Below, piece after piece: positions 1 through 12,200 of a stretch of 64,000 bases of DNA. A program made the position numbers and the translations under genes. The notes below the pieces were generated by a model. That model saw only the letters and a list, made by a program, of their open reading frames with translations. It did no database searches and had not been told where the DNA came from. The stretch covers positions 3,377,751 to 3,441,750 of the forward strand of contig OZ037773.1 of the NCBI GenBank assembly GCA_964035545.1, read 5' to 3'. The stretch's first letter is position 1; the number at the start of each line of letters is the position of its first letter. Origin of the DNA: Bugula neritina. Taxonomy: Eukaryota; Animalia; Bryozoa.

Positions 1-1147
1 TATAGTAAGTATAATTAGCTATGTACACTAACTATACTTGACTATAATTATTATAATGGATATTAATATTAGTGTTATGCTGAGTATATACCAACATATA
101 ATATATAAATAACATAACAATAGGTACTAACATATATATTTATAGTATATAAATACTAATAACTAATATGATACTTTAATATAACACATAATTGTACCTT
201 TAGCAAATAATTGTAGCATTTACAGTTTCAACTAGTATACCATAACCAAATTAACAAATAATGCTCTTAATGCTTAGGTCTCACTCTCTAAAGCCTAATT
301 AAAGGTTTCACTTGGCAGCCTTTTTTTACAGGTTCATACCTGGGCTTCACTAATTATTGATCTTAGCCCAGTTTCCTAAAGTAATTGCAGCATCTGCCTG
401 AGCTATTTAGCATTTGCCACTTGCCTGCACATAAATGCAGCTTCTACTTGTTAGACAACACTTACACACTCACTCAAGTTTATAGCAGTTATCCCTGTAA
501 GAAACCGATGTGATTGAAAGGGCATTTTAAAGCAGGCTAAGGACTCATACACTTACAAACTAGCATAATAAATATCAAAACACAAAGAATGGCAAATTGT
601 GCTCATGAAAGGTGCAGAAGCAAACTAACTAATAACTATCACACTAGCACCTACCTTTCAATTGGTGATATTGGCCTTCCTATCAATCACACAGACTGAA
701 ATATAGAATTTATAATTCAAAGGTAGTGCACACAGCATATGCTGTCAATCTATTATAATGTCATGATCAGCAAATATCAATTCTTTATCTGCAGGCTTAT
801 AAAAACATACAAACCCTATTGACCATCAACTACTCTGATTGAATCTATGAAAATCAATATATAGCCTACTTGTAGGCTGTTGAAATATTCCTACCATACT
901 GAGTATATACTTGTTCCACATTGCAAACTCATGAGAGCTAAGGCTATATTTTCCCATGTCAGAATATCCCAACATAGAGGACCTTTACCTCTATCCCTAA
1001 CTTCCATTATAATATATTACAGAGCTGTAGATCTAACACACCTCACTACACTTTACATAGGATAGCTGTACAGGAATGTAGATCTCTCCATTTCTATCTA
1101 CGCCAGAATATATTTAATATGCCTACTATTTTATATACATATATAAC

Positions 1148-1168
1148 ATTATATATATATTTTTTTTG

Positions 1169-1202
<34 letters not shown>

Positions 1203-1277
1203 GTATATATATAATATATATATATATATAATATTATAATATAATATTATTATCAAAAAAAAATATATATATAATGT
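1148..1277. repeat. AT-rich inverted repeat around a (TA)n core
   Basis: acattatatatatatttttttttgataata ... tattatcaaaaaaaaatatatatataatgt are reverse complements. Confidence 0.8.
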
Positions 1278-1289
1278 CAAAGATAAGAT

Positions 1290-1491
1290 AACTCTATTTT
1301 CATCATTTATCACATAATATATTAACATAAAATCTATTCTAACTACCTATCACATGTTATATTAACATAAAATCTATTCTAACCATCTATCACATGGTAT
1401 ATTAACATAAACTCTATTCTAACCATCTATCACATAATATATTAACATAAACTCTATTCTAACCATCTATCACATGGTATATTAACATAAA
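1290..1491. repeat. Minisatellite, ~40-bp unit, ~5 copies
   Basis: Repeated ctattctaaccatctatcacatggtatattaacataaa. Confidence 0.9.
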
Positions 1492-1789
1492 TGAAAAAAT
1501 TAAAGCTTTGGTAAGTAGTAGTAATTAGAAAGTGCAAGTATTACCAAGAACCAAGAACTAGATATGACGAGGTTACTAAAAAATTAGAACTATGTAGAAA
1601 CATAGCTATATACGTACAGACGTCAAGAGTATGATAGAAATAAGTGTAAATGGGTTTAAATAATCAAACAAATAAAAATTAATCTGGAACTACAAAACAG
1701 CTCAGACATAACGTAAACTATAGTAGAAAATCTAGCAATTGTGTTTCATTAAAAAGTTGCTAATAAAATTTGCATAATACTAATGTTAC

Positions 1790-2110
1790 TTTGGAAGTGT
1801 AACTAATGTGTTGCCAAGGAAGCATAACTTTCATGTTGCTAAAGAAGTATCACTTTCATGTTGCTAAGGAAATATAACTTTCATGTTGCTAAGGAAGTAT
1901 AACTTTTTTGTTGCTAACGAAGATCAATCTTTATGTTGCTAAGGAAGTATAATCTTCATGTTGCTAAGGAAGCATAATCTTCATGTTGCTAAGGAAGTAT
2001 AATCTTCATGTCGCTATGGAAGTTCAATCTTCATGTCGCTAAGGAAGTATAACTTTTTGTTGCTAACGAAGTTTAAACTCAACGCTGTAAAGGAAATATA
2101 ACTGCTACGC
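1790..2110. repeat. Minisatellite, ~25-26-bp unit, ~12 degenerate copies, starting just after the NMNAT stop codon
   Basis: Repeated tgttgctaaggaagtataactttca. Confidence 0.9.
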
Positions 2111-2120
2111 TGCCATATAG

Positions 2121-5100
2121 CTACCACTCGCTACTTGGGTATGGAAAACCTGGTCGATAATTCGGGTTATAAAGTTTGTGTTTTAAGATGTACTCGAGAA
2201 CAGGCTCTGGTACAGCATATTTGATACTCTCATTTCTTCTAATGGCCGTCCTAAAACAAAAGCACTTTCTTAGTTATTAGAGAATAGATGTGACTATATT
2301 AAATTGTTCTAATACATTGTGCACAAATGTCACCACGTGAGTATTAAAATAGTGGTAAAATTCCTTCATGTAAGGGGTTATTAATTACCAACCCACACTC
2401 TTTTATGAGCTGGTACTAAGACTATCTTAATTATAACAAGCTAAGAAGCAGCAGAAGAAAACTTTGTTTTGCATTGTAGGTATGTTTGAGTAGCATGCAG
2501 AGGTATTTATTCTAAAGAAATTTTCCAGTTTGACAGGTTCTTACTAACAATGCACCATGAAGCAGGATACAGTGCTTTTGCCTACAACTTAAGTCACCAG
2601 TACGGCAAAAGAACTTGAACTTGCGACTTTGAAAACATTTTCCATCTTCTCCGGCTTTGTTGAGAATGTGTCTAGTATAAAAACGCTGAGCTTTGTGTTT
2701 GACTTGGCATTCCAACACTAAACTTGATGAGACATTCAGGCCAGAACATGCATTATACCTTCTAAGAGAAAATGCCTTCAAACGTGATGCTTTACTGATG
2801 GCAGCCTCAAGTTGATTGTAAAAACAGCATCGGCTTCAAGTGTAGGTACGCAGGCACCAAGGCCAAGGACATCTCCATGTTTTGTGTAGATTAACTGATA
2901 GCATAGTCGGTTTCATAGCTGCGAAAGAGCAGAGTCAGAATTTCAAGGCCAGTACCATAAAGTCCTTCTGGTGAGTTACTAAACCAGAAATATGGTCCTT
3001 TGAACCAAGCCATTGAAAAACCAATCTTTAAACACCTGGTAACTTTTGAGTTATACACTAAAGAATATGTGGAGAGAAAATTTCTTAATAAACATGGGAG
3101 ATGAAAACTTTAAACAGTTTACCGATACTCCACCAGCACCCCAGATGTATAAGTACAGCTGTAATGCAGGCCTATGTGTTGATGGCAGTTGAAATGATTA
3201 CCACTACGTCTGCTAAAGAGTACAGAGACCACTACGTCTGCTAAGAGTACAGAGACTACTACGTCTGCTAGGAGTACAGAGACTACTACGTCTGCTAAGA
3301 GTACAGAGATCACTACGTCTGCTAAGGAGTAGAGAGATCACTACGTCTGCTAGGAGTAGAGAGATCACTACGTCTGCTAGGAGTACAGAGATCACTACGT
3401 CTGCTAGGAGTAGAGAGATCACTACGTCTGCTAGGAGTACAGAGACTGACCTGATCTTAGTAGAAGAGAAGTCATCTCCCAGCCAATCAGTGACGATGTG
3501 TATGTTATGAGAGTACCTTGAAATCATGTCACTGCTGTAGATGTCCTGGTACGGGTCGCTACCCTCCCGTACCACTACCACTAGCCCGTGATCTCGCAGG
3601 ATTTGCTCCATCTAAAAGAGTGTCAAGCAAGTTTGACTGAAGTGATTAAAACTTTCTGCGACGGTAGGAGTCATAAAACTTACTAAATCTATTACGTAGA
3701 TTCTGTTTATTGGAAAAAAAACCTTCCTAATATATTATTTAATAATAATAAAAGCAATTTTGCCTCCTCCTCCCTTTCACCACAATCTTCACCTCAGCGA
3801 CAAGAAGGTGATGATTACTGGAAAAACACAGTCATGTTCAATATACGTACTGAACAAGGCTAACCGTTGCTGAAAGCTATTTGGCTTATACCATGGCCAT
3901 CAGATTAAAACATAGGCATACTTTGCATCCCATTTGAAAGAGAAAAACTGCATTATTTGAAGATTACAAAATTAAATTCACAAAACTGTAAGAAACGGAG
4001 TATTTTTGACAATTAAATAAAGTTAACTTCGGTGATGCAAAAATTGTCACTTAAACCTGTGTTTTTTACTAATAATTCAACAAAAAATATAGAAATTGTA
4101 GAAAAATTTCTAATTATTTAAATTTATTTGTAATTTTGTATTTCCTTACTATTAGGCAAAAATATATACACAGGTATACTAGCAGCTAGAACTAGACAAA
4201 GTAAACAAAGTATGAGTATATTCACTGCGCAGTACACGTAGTCAGGGGCTCAACATCAACTAAAATACACACATGTTCCTTAGCCCAAAGATTTGGCACC
4301 GAGAAGCTACGTAGTAAGTCACTCCCGCAGACTAGCATAATCTTTGCAGATTTGTGTCTAGCAAACACATCTGTCTCTTCACTACTTTCATGATTGTTAA
4401 TGTCTGAAATATTCCACAATTAAATGAACATGGAATATAATCTGTCACATGACGCAAAACTGCTATCATAAATCAAACCATATCCATTAGTAAAAACTAT
4501 TAAAGTAAATACTCTATTTTGCTATTACTATTAAATTAGGTTCGTATTGATTTATTTTTACTAATAGTAATAGTAATAGTAGTACCGTTTGGTCGTTTTC
4601 GTTTGGGCTGTGTACTGCTATCACTTTCAACTGCTGAACTGCCATTGTAGATACACTGTGATACCGTCCCATCCTGAATTCTGTCCTTAAGTGCATCTAA
4701 GGCTACTGCTGTGGGCGGCCATTCTGACTGTTCAACTTCCCACGAGTCTGTACTGTAACAGTCTCTATATGATATGATATGTGATGCTGTAATGTACTTA
4801 TATTATAATATATAATGTTATTATTATAAATAAATATACGAGAAACATTGTTGATTTATTACTTTATTAGGCAAAGTAAATATCAGTATAATTACTTTGC
4901 CTAATAAAGTAATAAATCAACAATGTTTCTCGTATATTTATTTATAATTAAATTGCTAGCTCGTAAAGATATATATAATGTTATTATATATTATAAAATG
5001 ACATGTGATACTATGATATACGGCATTATATAATATAACATACAATACCATGATATATGACGGTGTGATACATACTGTAAATATGAAGTTGGCTAATAAA

Positions 5101-6504
5101 TACTAGAATATTCTAAACAATACAGAACACTACACTGTGATCATAGTATTCAATTATGTCATCTAATTATGTATGTCATCTAGAATCTATCCTCTAATTC
5201 TGTAATATAATTTGAACATCTAAATCTAGCATCTAATTATAGCATGACAATGACATCTAATACAATAAACTTAGTTAGGGATGCAGTATTTATTAACCAG
5301 ATTTATACAAAGGTATAGAAGGTTAATCAGTATGCAACTGTCTGTCAATATATTACTTACCATAACCATGCATTAGAATCAACAGCGAGCTTTACCATAG
5401 CAAGTCTATGGTGAGCAGCAACCAGATTCTATAAAACACAGCAGCAGATTGAAACTAGTAATTTACTGAAAACTAGAACTCCCTGAAGAAATCTACTGTG
5501 ACTTTCTTCACATCTTTTAGATTATATTCAAGATGTATATAAATTGTACTAAAAAATGTCACAAGATAATAAGCCCAGTAACAGTATAACACAAAACTCA
5601 CATCTTTAGCATACTTTGCATTGGCCGGTACTAAAATTCCTTTGACCACTTTGTATCGACCTGTCTTGTGGAGGGCATCTCTGGCCAATTCTGAAGATAC
5701 CAGACATTATATGTTGACATTATCAAACATATCATAGTTGAAAATTTGCTTCATATTGCACAACGAAGTTTCAAATTTTGACAAAACTTGAAACATGATT
5801 GCTATACATGATATTTGTTAAAGACAGTGGGTTTTAGAGAAAAACACTTTCTACATAAAAAATTATGAAGCCAAAATGGTATATTTGTATGCACAAAGTT
5901 TTGCTTTCAACTTGATGATCTGATAGTGTGAAAAATATCATATAAAATGAAAGCAACAAAACAGGAAATTACACGAGGCTGTCTTAGAGAATAGAACTGT
6001 GTGACTAAACGGGTAGTCAGCAATAAACAGTTGAACATTGCAATCACTATTTCCATATCATCAACAAGTTAGAGTCAGTTGGGACTAAAACTAATACTAT
6101 TCAGACACAATACCTAGTAGCTCACTGCCACTAGCACTTTATTTCCTATCTGACAAACTGCGCAAATCAGATTTTTATACTGACTACTAAATTTGAATGA
6201 ACAGATGTTTTAGAATGATGGTAGTAAATAATACAGCATTAATTTCAACACTAATTTTGCTGGTGCACAATTTTAGATCAAACTATAATTGTTTTTACAG
6301 GCTAGCCACCCCCCCCCCCTCCCGGCCCCTACACACACACATCAAATTCAGTTTTAGCTGTGGTCTACCAACCAATAAGCAGCTACAATAGTGAAATTAA
6401 GTAGTAGCTGATATCATGAACTCACCTAATAATCTGAGATGTTTGTTAGTTATAGGGTTAAATGAGCCGGCACAATAAAGAATTACAGATTTTGGTAAAG
6501 ACAT
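2121..6504 (-). CDS. NMNAT: Nicotinamide/nicotinate mononucleotide adenylyltransferase (NMNAT1-like), 7 coding exons (~6504-6426, 5690-5602, 5428-5361, 4752-4586, 4402-4273, 3611-3450, 2250-2121)
   Basis: Spliced translation gives MSLPKSVILYCAGSFNPITNKHLRLLE (GSFNPITxxH motif), HRLAMVKLAV, DSWEVEQSEW, a PKRKRP NLS-like segment, LVCGSDLLRSFSVPNLW, GLVVVVREGSDP and [34 protein letters not shown]. Splice sites are canonical GT-AG with consistent phases. Confidence 0.95.
3201..3449 (-). repeat. Minisatellite, 27-bp unit, ~9 copies, abutting the NMNAT exon 6 donor
   Basis: Repeated cactacgtctgctaggagtacagagat; on the minus strand it begins at AAGATCAG|gtcagt. Confidence 0.93.
4823..4948. repeat. 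Perfect fold-back (57-bp arms, 12-nt loop) in an NMNAT intron
   Basis: attataaataaatatacgagaaacattgttgatttattactttattaggcaaagtaa (4823-4879) and its reverse complement (4892-4948). Confidence 0.92.
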
Positions 6505-7299
6505 TTTACTATCTGTAACACATCCGTCCAAGTCACAAGTTTACCAACTACAAAAAGAAAATTAAGATTGAAATCTGTTCAAAGCATTTTACTGTCACCA
6601 ATGAAAACTTCAACTAGTAAGAATCACTCCTCTCACTAGCCTTATACTTAATCTTATAAGTTATGACTGAAACTTCAATTTTAAATTAATTTTGTATGCA
6701 AGTTTAAACTCTGTTAATCATTTAATAGTAATGGTAATCAGTAACTGTACTTCGTAGTGTAATGTATTTCAGATTTTGCAGAAGATCGCTTTAAAATATT
6801 TTTATTAGTATTTGTATTTTTATTATAATTATGTATTACTATTACTATTAGTATTACTATTTTATACTATTAGTATTAGTATTAGTATAAAATTAAAATA
6901 TTACTATTAGTATATTTAATTTTATTGTTTATATTAATAATAATAATATTATTATATTTAAATGTATTTATTATGATAAATATTTATAACAATTAAATTA
7001 ATCATAATCATTAATCACTATGATTCAAGTATGATTTAGATTTTACAGGATTCCATTTCATTTTCATGTGTGAATCTGAAAGTGAAACTGAATCAATCAC
7101 AATGTGAATGTCAATGTGAATCATGAATGACAATGTCCTGCGTTGAATTTCGCAGTTTATTATTCTACTTTATAGTAAAAATATTAATATCCATAATCAT
7201 ATCCGTGTACTGTACAGACACTGATAGTGGTACTGTAACTCTAACAGTAACTATACCAATAGTAATACTATTATTACTATAAAATTAAATATAATATTA

Positions 7300-7870
7300 A
7301 TATTAATGATTATCTTGTAAGCGGATATTTAACTCCGTAAACTAATCCGAGATTTCGTAGAATCCTATACAAAAATAATTATGGATACCAGAATAACAAA
7401 AAATGCTGAAATAATATTGGTTATATAATTTCAAATTTAATTAAAAATTTAAATGACAAATAAAATACTTGATACGTCATTTCAAGAGTTTTACTTGTAT
7501 ATAATTAATATTATAAGGAGGAAATAGCACTGCGATATACGAAATAGAAACACGTATAAATTTATATACTTGAAACGGCGGGATATCTTATGGAGCGCAC
7601 TTTTAACGTTTTGGGCTACTATATGTCAACAGTATGATGACATTCGAATCCGTGAATCGATGCTAATACTGAAATGCTCATGAGGTGTTCTTTCTTTGGG
7701 GTTGGCGTCAATTTTTTCATTTCTATCATATTCAGTGGGGTAACTGTGACTCGAATGTCACAATTATTAATCACTGTCAATGGGCAATCTACAGTTTCTT
7801 TTTCATATTTTTGCAAAACGTTTAATTGTTCAACTTCAAATGCATTCGTCTTAGAGTTTAGGCTTTAAGT
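7300..7870. promoter_or_regulatory. Probable bidirectional promoter core between NMNAT and PRPF39
   Basis: Lies between two divergent genes whose first coding exons are preceded by splice acceptors; locally retains CpG (tacgtca, acggcggg, gagcgc). TSSs are not directly visible. Confidence 0.5.
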
Positions 7871-9202
7871 TTAAGTCATTATCATTATCATTATGATTAT
7901 CATTATTCATTATGATTATGATTATCATTAATTATGATTATCATTATAAATATAAAATTCAATCTGAATAATATTAAACACTATACTTATAATTTTAGTG
8001 CCGTATATGAGTGTACATCAGTATGACTATTATACGTCACTTATTCTGATTCTCATATTCATATTGATATTCACAGTGATACTGATAGTGATAGTGAGTG
8101 CACTTGAACAACTCAACTACTAGTACTAGTACTACTAGAACTAGGTTATAGTAATAGTTATAATGATAATATAAATCTTATAGTTCAAGTTATACTTATA
8201 GTTAAAAGTTATACTTATACTTATAGTTATACTTATAGACTAAATTTTAATTCAATCTTTGTTTTATACTTATAGTTATAGAGTTGGGCTATTAGTAATC
8301 GTTATAGAATTGGCATTACTAGTACTAGTAGAAATACTATAATTACAATGATTAACATTATGGTTACGATAATTTAAACATTAATTAAAATATATTGCTC
8401 TGCGGTTGCTTTTACTTTTAGTTTAGGCTTTAGTCTTAGGTTTAAGTTTAGCTGAAACAGAGTGAGAATAAAATAATAATTTCTACCATTGGCATTACCA
8501 GTGTAAATACTGGTTAGTGGTTACCCATTCTTATATTGAGGCTCATAGTCATACTGATTTTAAGTATCTATATACTAATAGTATAACTCTTAGTAATAGT
8601 AATGCTAATAATGATACTCAGTAAATGTGGTAGCATTAGTATTAGTGTTACTAATATTAATAATATTAGTAAAAGCAATATAAAAACATATTGATATAGT
8701 AGTACGGGTAGTTATACTTATGGGCAGACTAAATGTAATAATGATACACTTAGGCTATTAGTATCACAGTATCAATATGACTATTAGTGAATCACTTTAT
8801 TGGTCCTAAACACTGACAGCGATTAGTGAAAGATAGACTTTGTAAGACTAAGAGTTATAATAAATTACACTCACTTAGAAGCTTAGCCTTGATTAACCAC
8901 ATTCGCTCTATGGAGTCAAAGACAATGCATTTTATTTACTAATGCATTGAATTTAGTAATTGTGGTGGTATGATTATAAATCAGTTTTATCAATATTGTT
9001 GTGAGTATTATTAACTTATTCAAATTTAGTGATACTCAGTAGATTTATATTTATTATAGCTTTGCATCTGCATTGATCGTACTTTTATAGGTTGTGAATT
9101 TAAAAGCTTTACTCATCTTACATTTTTTTATCAAATTCTAGAGATCTACAGAAGTTATCTCTATTAAAACAGTTAGACCACAAAATACTCGACGCAAGAG
9201 TC

Positions 9203-12200
9203 ATGTCTGATGAGGTTTCTGCCCAGCCTGCTAATGCTGAGGAACAATTGGATTCCTTAGCCAGTGATTCGTCAATCTCAACTACAGAGAATATCAAATC
9301 CAGTGTGACAGCTAATGGAATCAATGATGATGTGACAACCCAAGAACATATATCCACAAGTGAAACGTAAGGCTTCTAAATTACAGAATCATTGGTTCCT
9401 TGAAATCGTGCCAGAAATTAAAAGATTTAAACTCTTTTTAGCATTTTAATTCTATTTTAAATTAAAGTAATTATGTTACAGAATGGAAACGGAAGTTGCT
9501 TTGGGTGATTCAGTTCAAGCTGTGAATGAGAACGAGGCTTCAAATAGTGGTAAGATTTCACATTTCTTTCTCACTGTGCACTCTGTTCTAACCTGGCCAT
9601 TAAATTACACTGTTGTTTAATTTATGCATTTGTGTGTGATTTGTTGAATTCATTTTGCAACTAGTAGTTTGGTGCTGGTGGCATTCATCAGGCATATTTA
9701 CATTTTAAAACTATAAATATGACTGATGAGTGCTACCAGCATGAAACTTTAGTTTCATAACAAAAAAACATCAAACAAATTGCTTTATTTGTTAACCATA
9801 TATCTACTTATTTTTCACTCTTAAATATTTCAGCAATTTTTATCTGCTGTTTGATAAATGATACTTTCAATAATTTATATTATGTTGGTCATTTCATAAC
9901 CATATCTAATTGTCCATATCATTCGTTGTAATAATAATATAATAAAATATCACATAGTTGCTATTAACTTTTTAGAGATCTAGTCTGCTTCCTTCTATGT
10001 CTTATATTGTCCATTCTATTTCTATATGCTACCCATTAACAAGCCCTCTATTTCTCTGTACTATCTTCTAGCAGGTGCTCTATTTCTCTGTACTATCTAC
10101 TAGCAAGTGCTCTATTTCTCAGTACTATATAATAGCAGGTGCTCTATTTCTCTGTACTATCTACCAGCAGGTGCTCTATTTCTCTGTACTATATACCAGC
10201 AGGTGCTCTATTTCTCTGTACTATCTACTAGCAGGTGCTTTATTTCTCTGTACTATCTACTAGCAGGTGCTTTATTTCTCTGTACTATATACTAGCAGGT
10301 GCTCTATTTCTCTGTACTATCTACTAGCAGGTGCTTTATTTCTCTGTACTATCTACTAGCAGGTGCTCTATTTCTCTGTACTATCTACTAGCAGGTGCTC
10401 TATTTCTCTGTACTATCTACTAGCAGGTGAAGACGTTTCAAGCAGCACGAAGACAGGGGAAGAAGCCGAGACAGTTGCTGCTGATGGCGATACTGGTAAG
10501 CCCAGATATACAGCATATTTTCTTTCCAGTATCTCCACTTTCTGCTTCTCTTTTGTTAAACTGATTGTACCATGTTTTTGCTTTCTACAACTGCGGCAGC
10601 CTTTCGTTATTTCCCTTTTGACAATTTGCACTTTAGACATGTTAGGCGATGCCACATAGAACAGGGAAAACTTGTCGCATACAGCGAAGTAGGGCTGTTT
10701 TTTGCCGGCTATAAGCTATTAACATACTAAACAAATTTACATCGTTTTTCATGTTATTGAAAATAACGGGTGAAAAAAATCCATAATGTAATATTTATAT
10801 AACAGGGACAGTAAATTCATGAGCAAATACATTTGGTCACTCCAGTTTTGCTAGCTGGGAGAGTATTGTGTGCAGCAGGTAACTCCCGCGGCAGATTTTT
10901 ACAGCATGTGGAATTCCCCTTCATGTGGCCAAACCTTTAACTTTATCCTTTGGCTAGGCACATTACACTTGCAGTCACTCTGTGTCTGTAGAATCATCAG
11001 GCAAACCCAAGAGATCTGCTGAAGTAGAGAGGCTGTGGGCTTTGGTGGACAAGAACAGACAAGACTTTGCCTCCTGGACTCAGCTGATAATGGTGGTGGA
11101 GAAAGAGGTGGGTTCCAGTAGCTGAGTCATGGAGGGCTAAGTTAGTGGTGGATATACTGGGGGGTTAGGTTAGTGGTGGATATACTGGGGGGTTAGGTTA
11201 GTGATGGAGAACTAGACTATTGAGAATGACAAAGCTATTACCAAGTTACATACAGTTTGAATAGCAATCATCCATGTTACACTGTCGGTTACCAAATATC
11301 ATGTTATTTTTGCTAACTCATTGTTGAGCAGTTTCTACATTGTCTCATTGCAGGGTTTGTTGGAAGGCCTGAGGGAAGTTTATGACGAGTTTCTACTCTA
11401 CTACCCCTTCTGCTACGGCTACTGGAAGAAACTGGCAGACTTTGTGGCGAGTAACCAAGGCAATGAAGCAGCGTATCAGGTAACCATCTCCGGTCGCACT
11501 CAGTCGCTGGTGCGGCGCCTGTGTCCCCAGCCGCCTTCTCGACAATGTATTGAAAGTAGTGAGGCTATTGTGTGAATACCGTTGTGCGTGTACTTCTAGT
11601 TGAACTGTTCAATGCTCTCTCACCACTATTTTGTAGCCCAACTGTTATGACTCCACAAGTAGCGTAGTAAGATAGCTACTTGTGGGGGTCGGATTTGATG
11701 CGTTGGTGCGCTGTCCTCAACGCAGCCCACCACTTGTATGTAACTATGAAAGAGCTGTGAGGAACTGAGCCGACAATATTCTAAGCACCCAGCTGCTCAG
11801 CCAGCCATCAGGCTCTGCTCTACTATGTAACCGTATGAGTAAGGTGGAAATACAACAATCACAGATGCATTACTTCCTACAAATTCTTGACTAAATGCTT
11901 TTCGTTGTGAGCTCTGGGCGTGTGTCTCTCTACAGCCGGCGTCTCTTCTCTGTTATTCAGGTGTACGAAGAAGCCGTAGTCGCTGTGGGTCTCAGCATCG
12001 ACGTGTGGGCCGCCTTTCTCGAGTTGTACATCGCCACAGAGAAACCCAGCGAAGAGATCAGGGCGTGAGTATCACTTCCTATATAACACAGTGCGCTATA
12101 CAATGGTTTTAGTTTTAGCTGATGTACCAGTGATATCTCTTCCACTTCTACAACATATCAAATCTGTTTCCTCATACAGTGTTCCCTCTACATCTCACGG

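Noticed and set aside
10046-10429. Regular direct repeats resembling a CRISPR array (also 39597-39902)
   Set aside because: Units are head-to-tail with no unique spacers, there are no cas genes, and the context is a eukaryotic intron.
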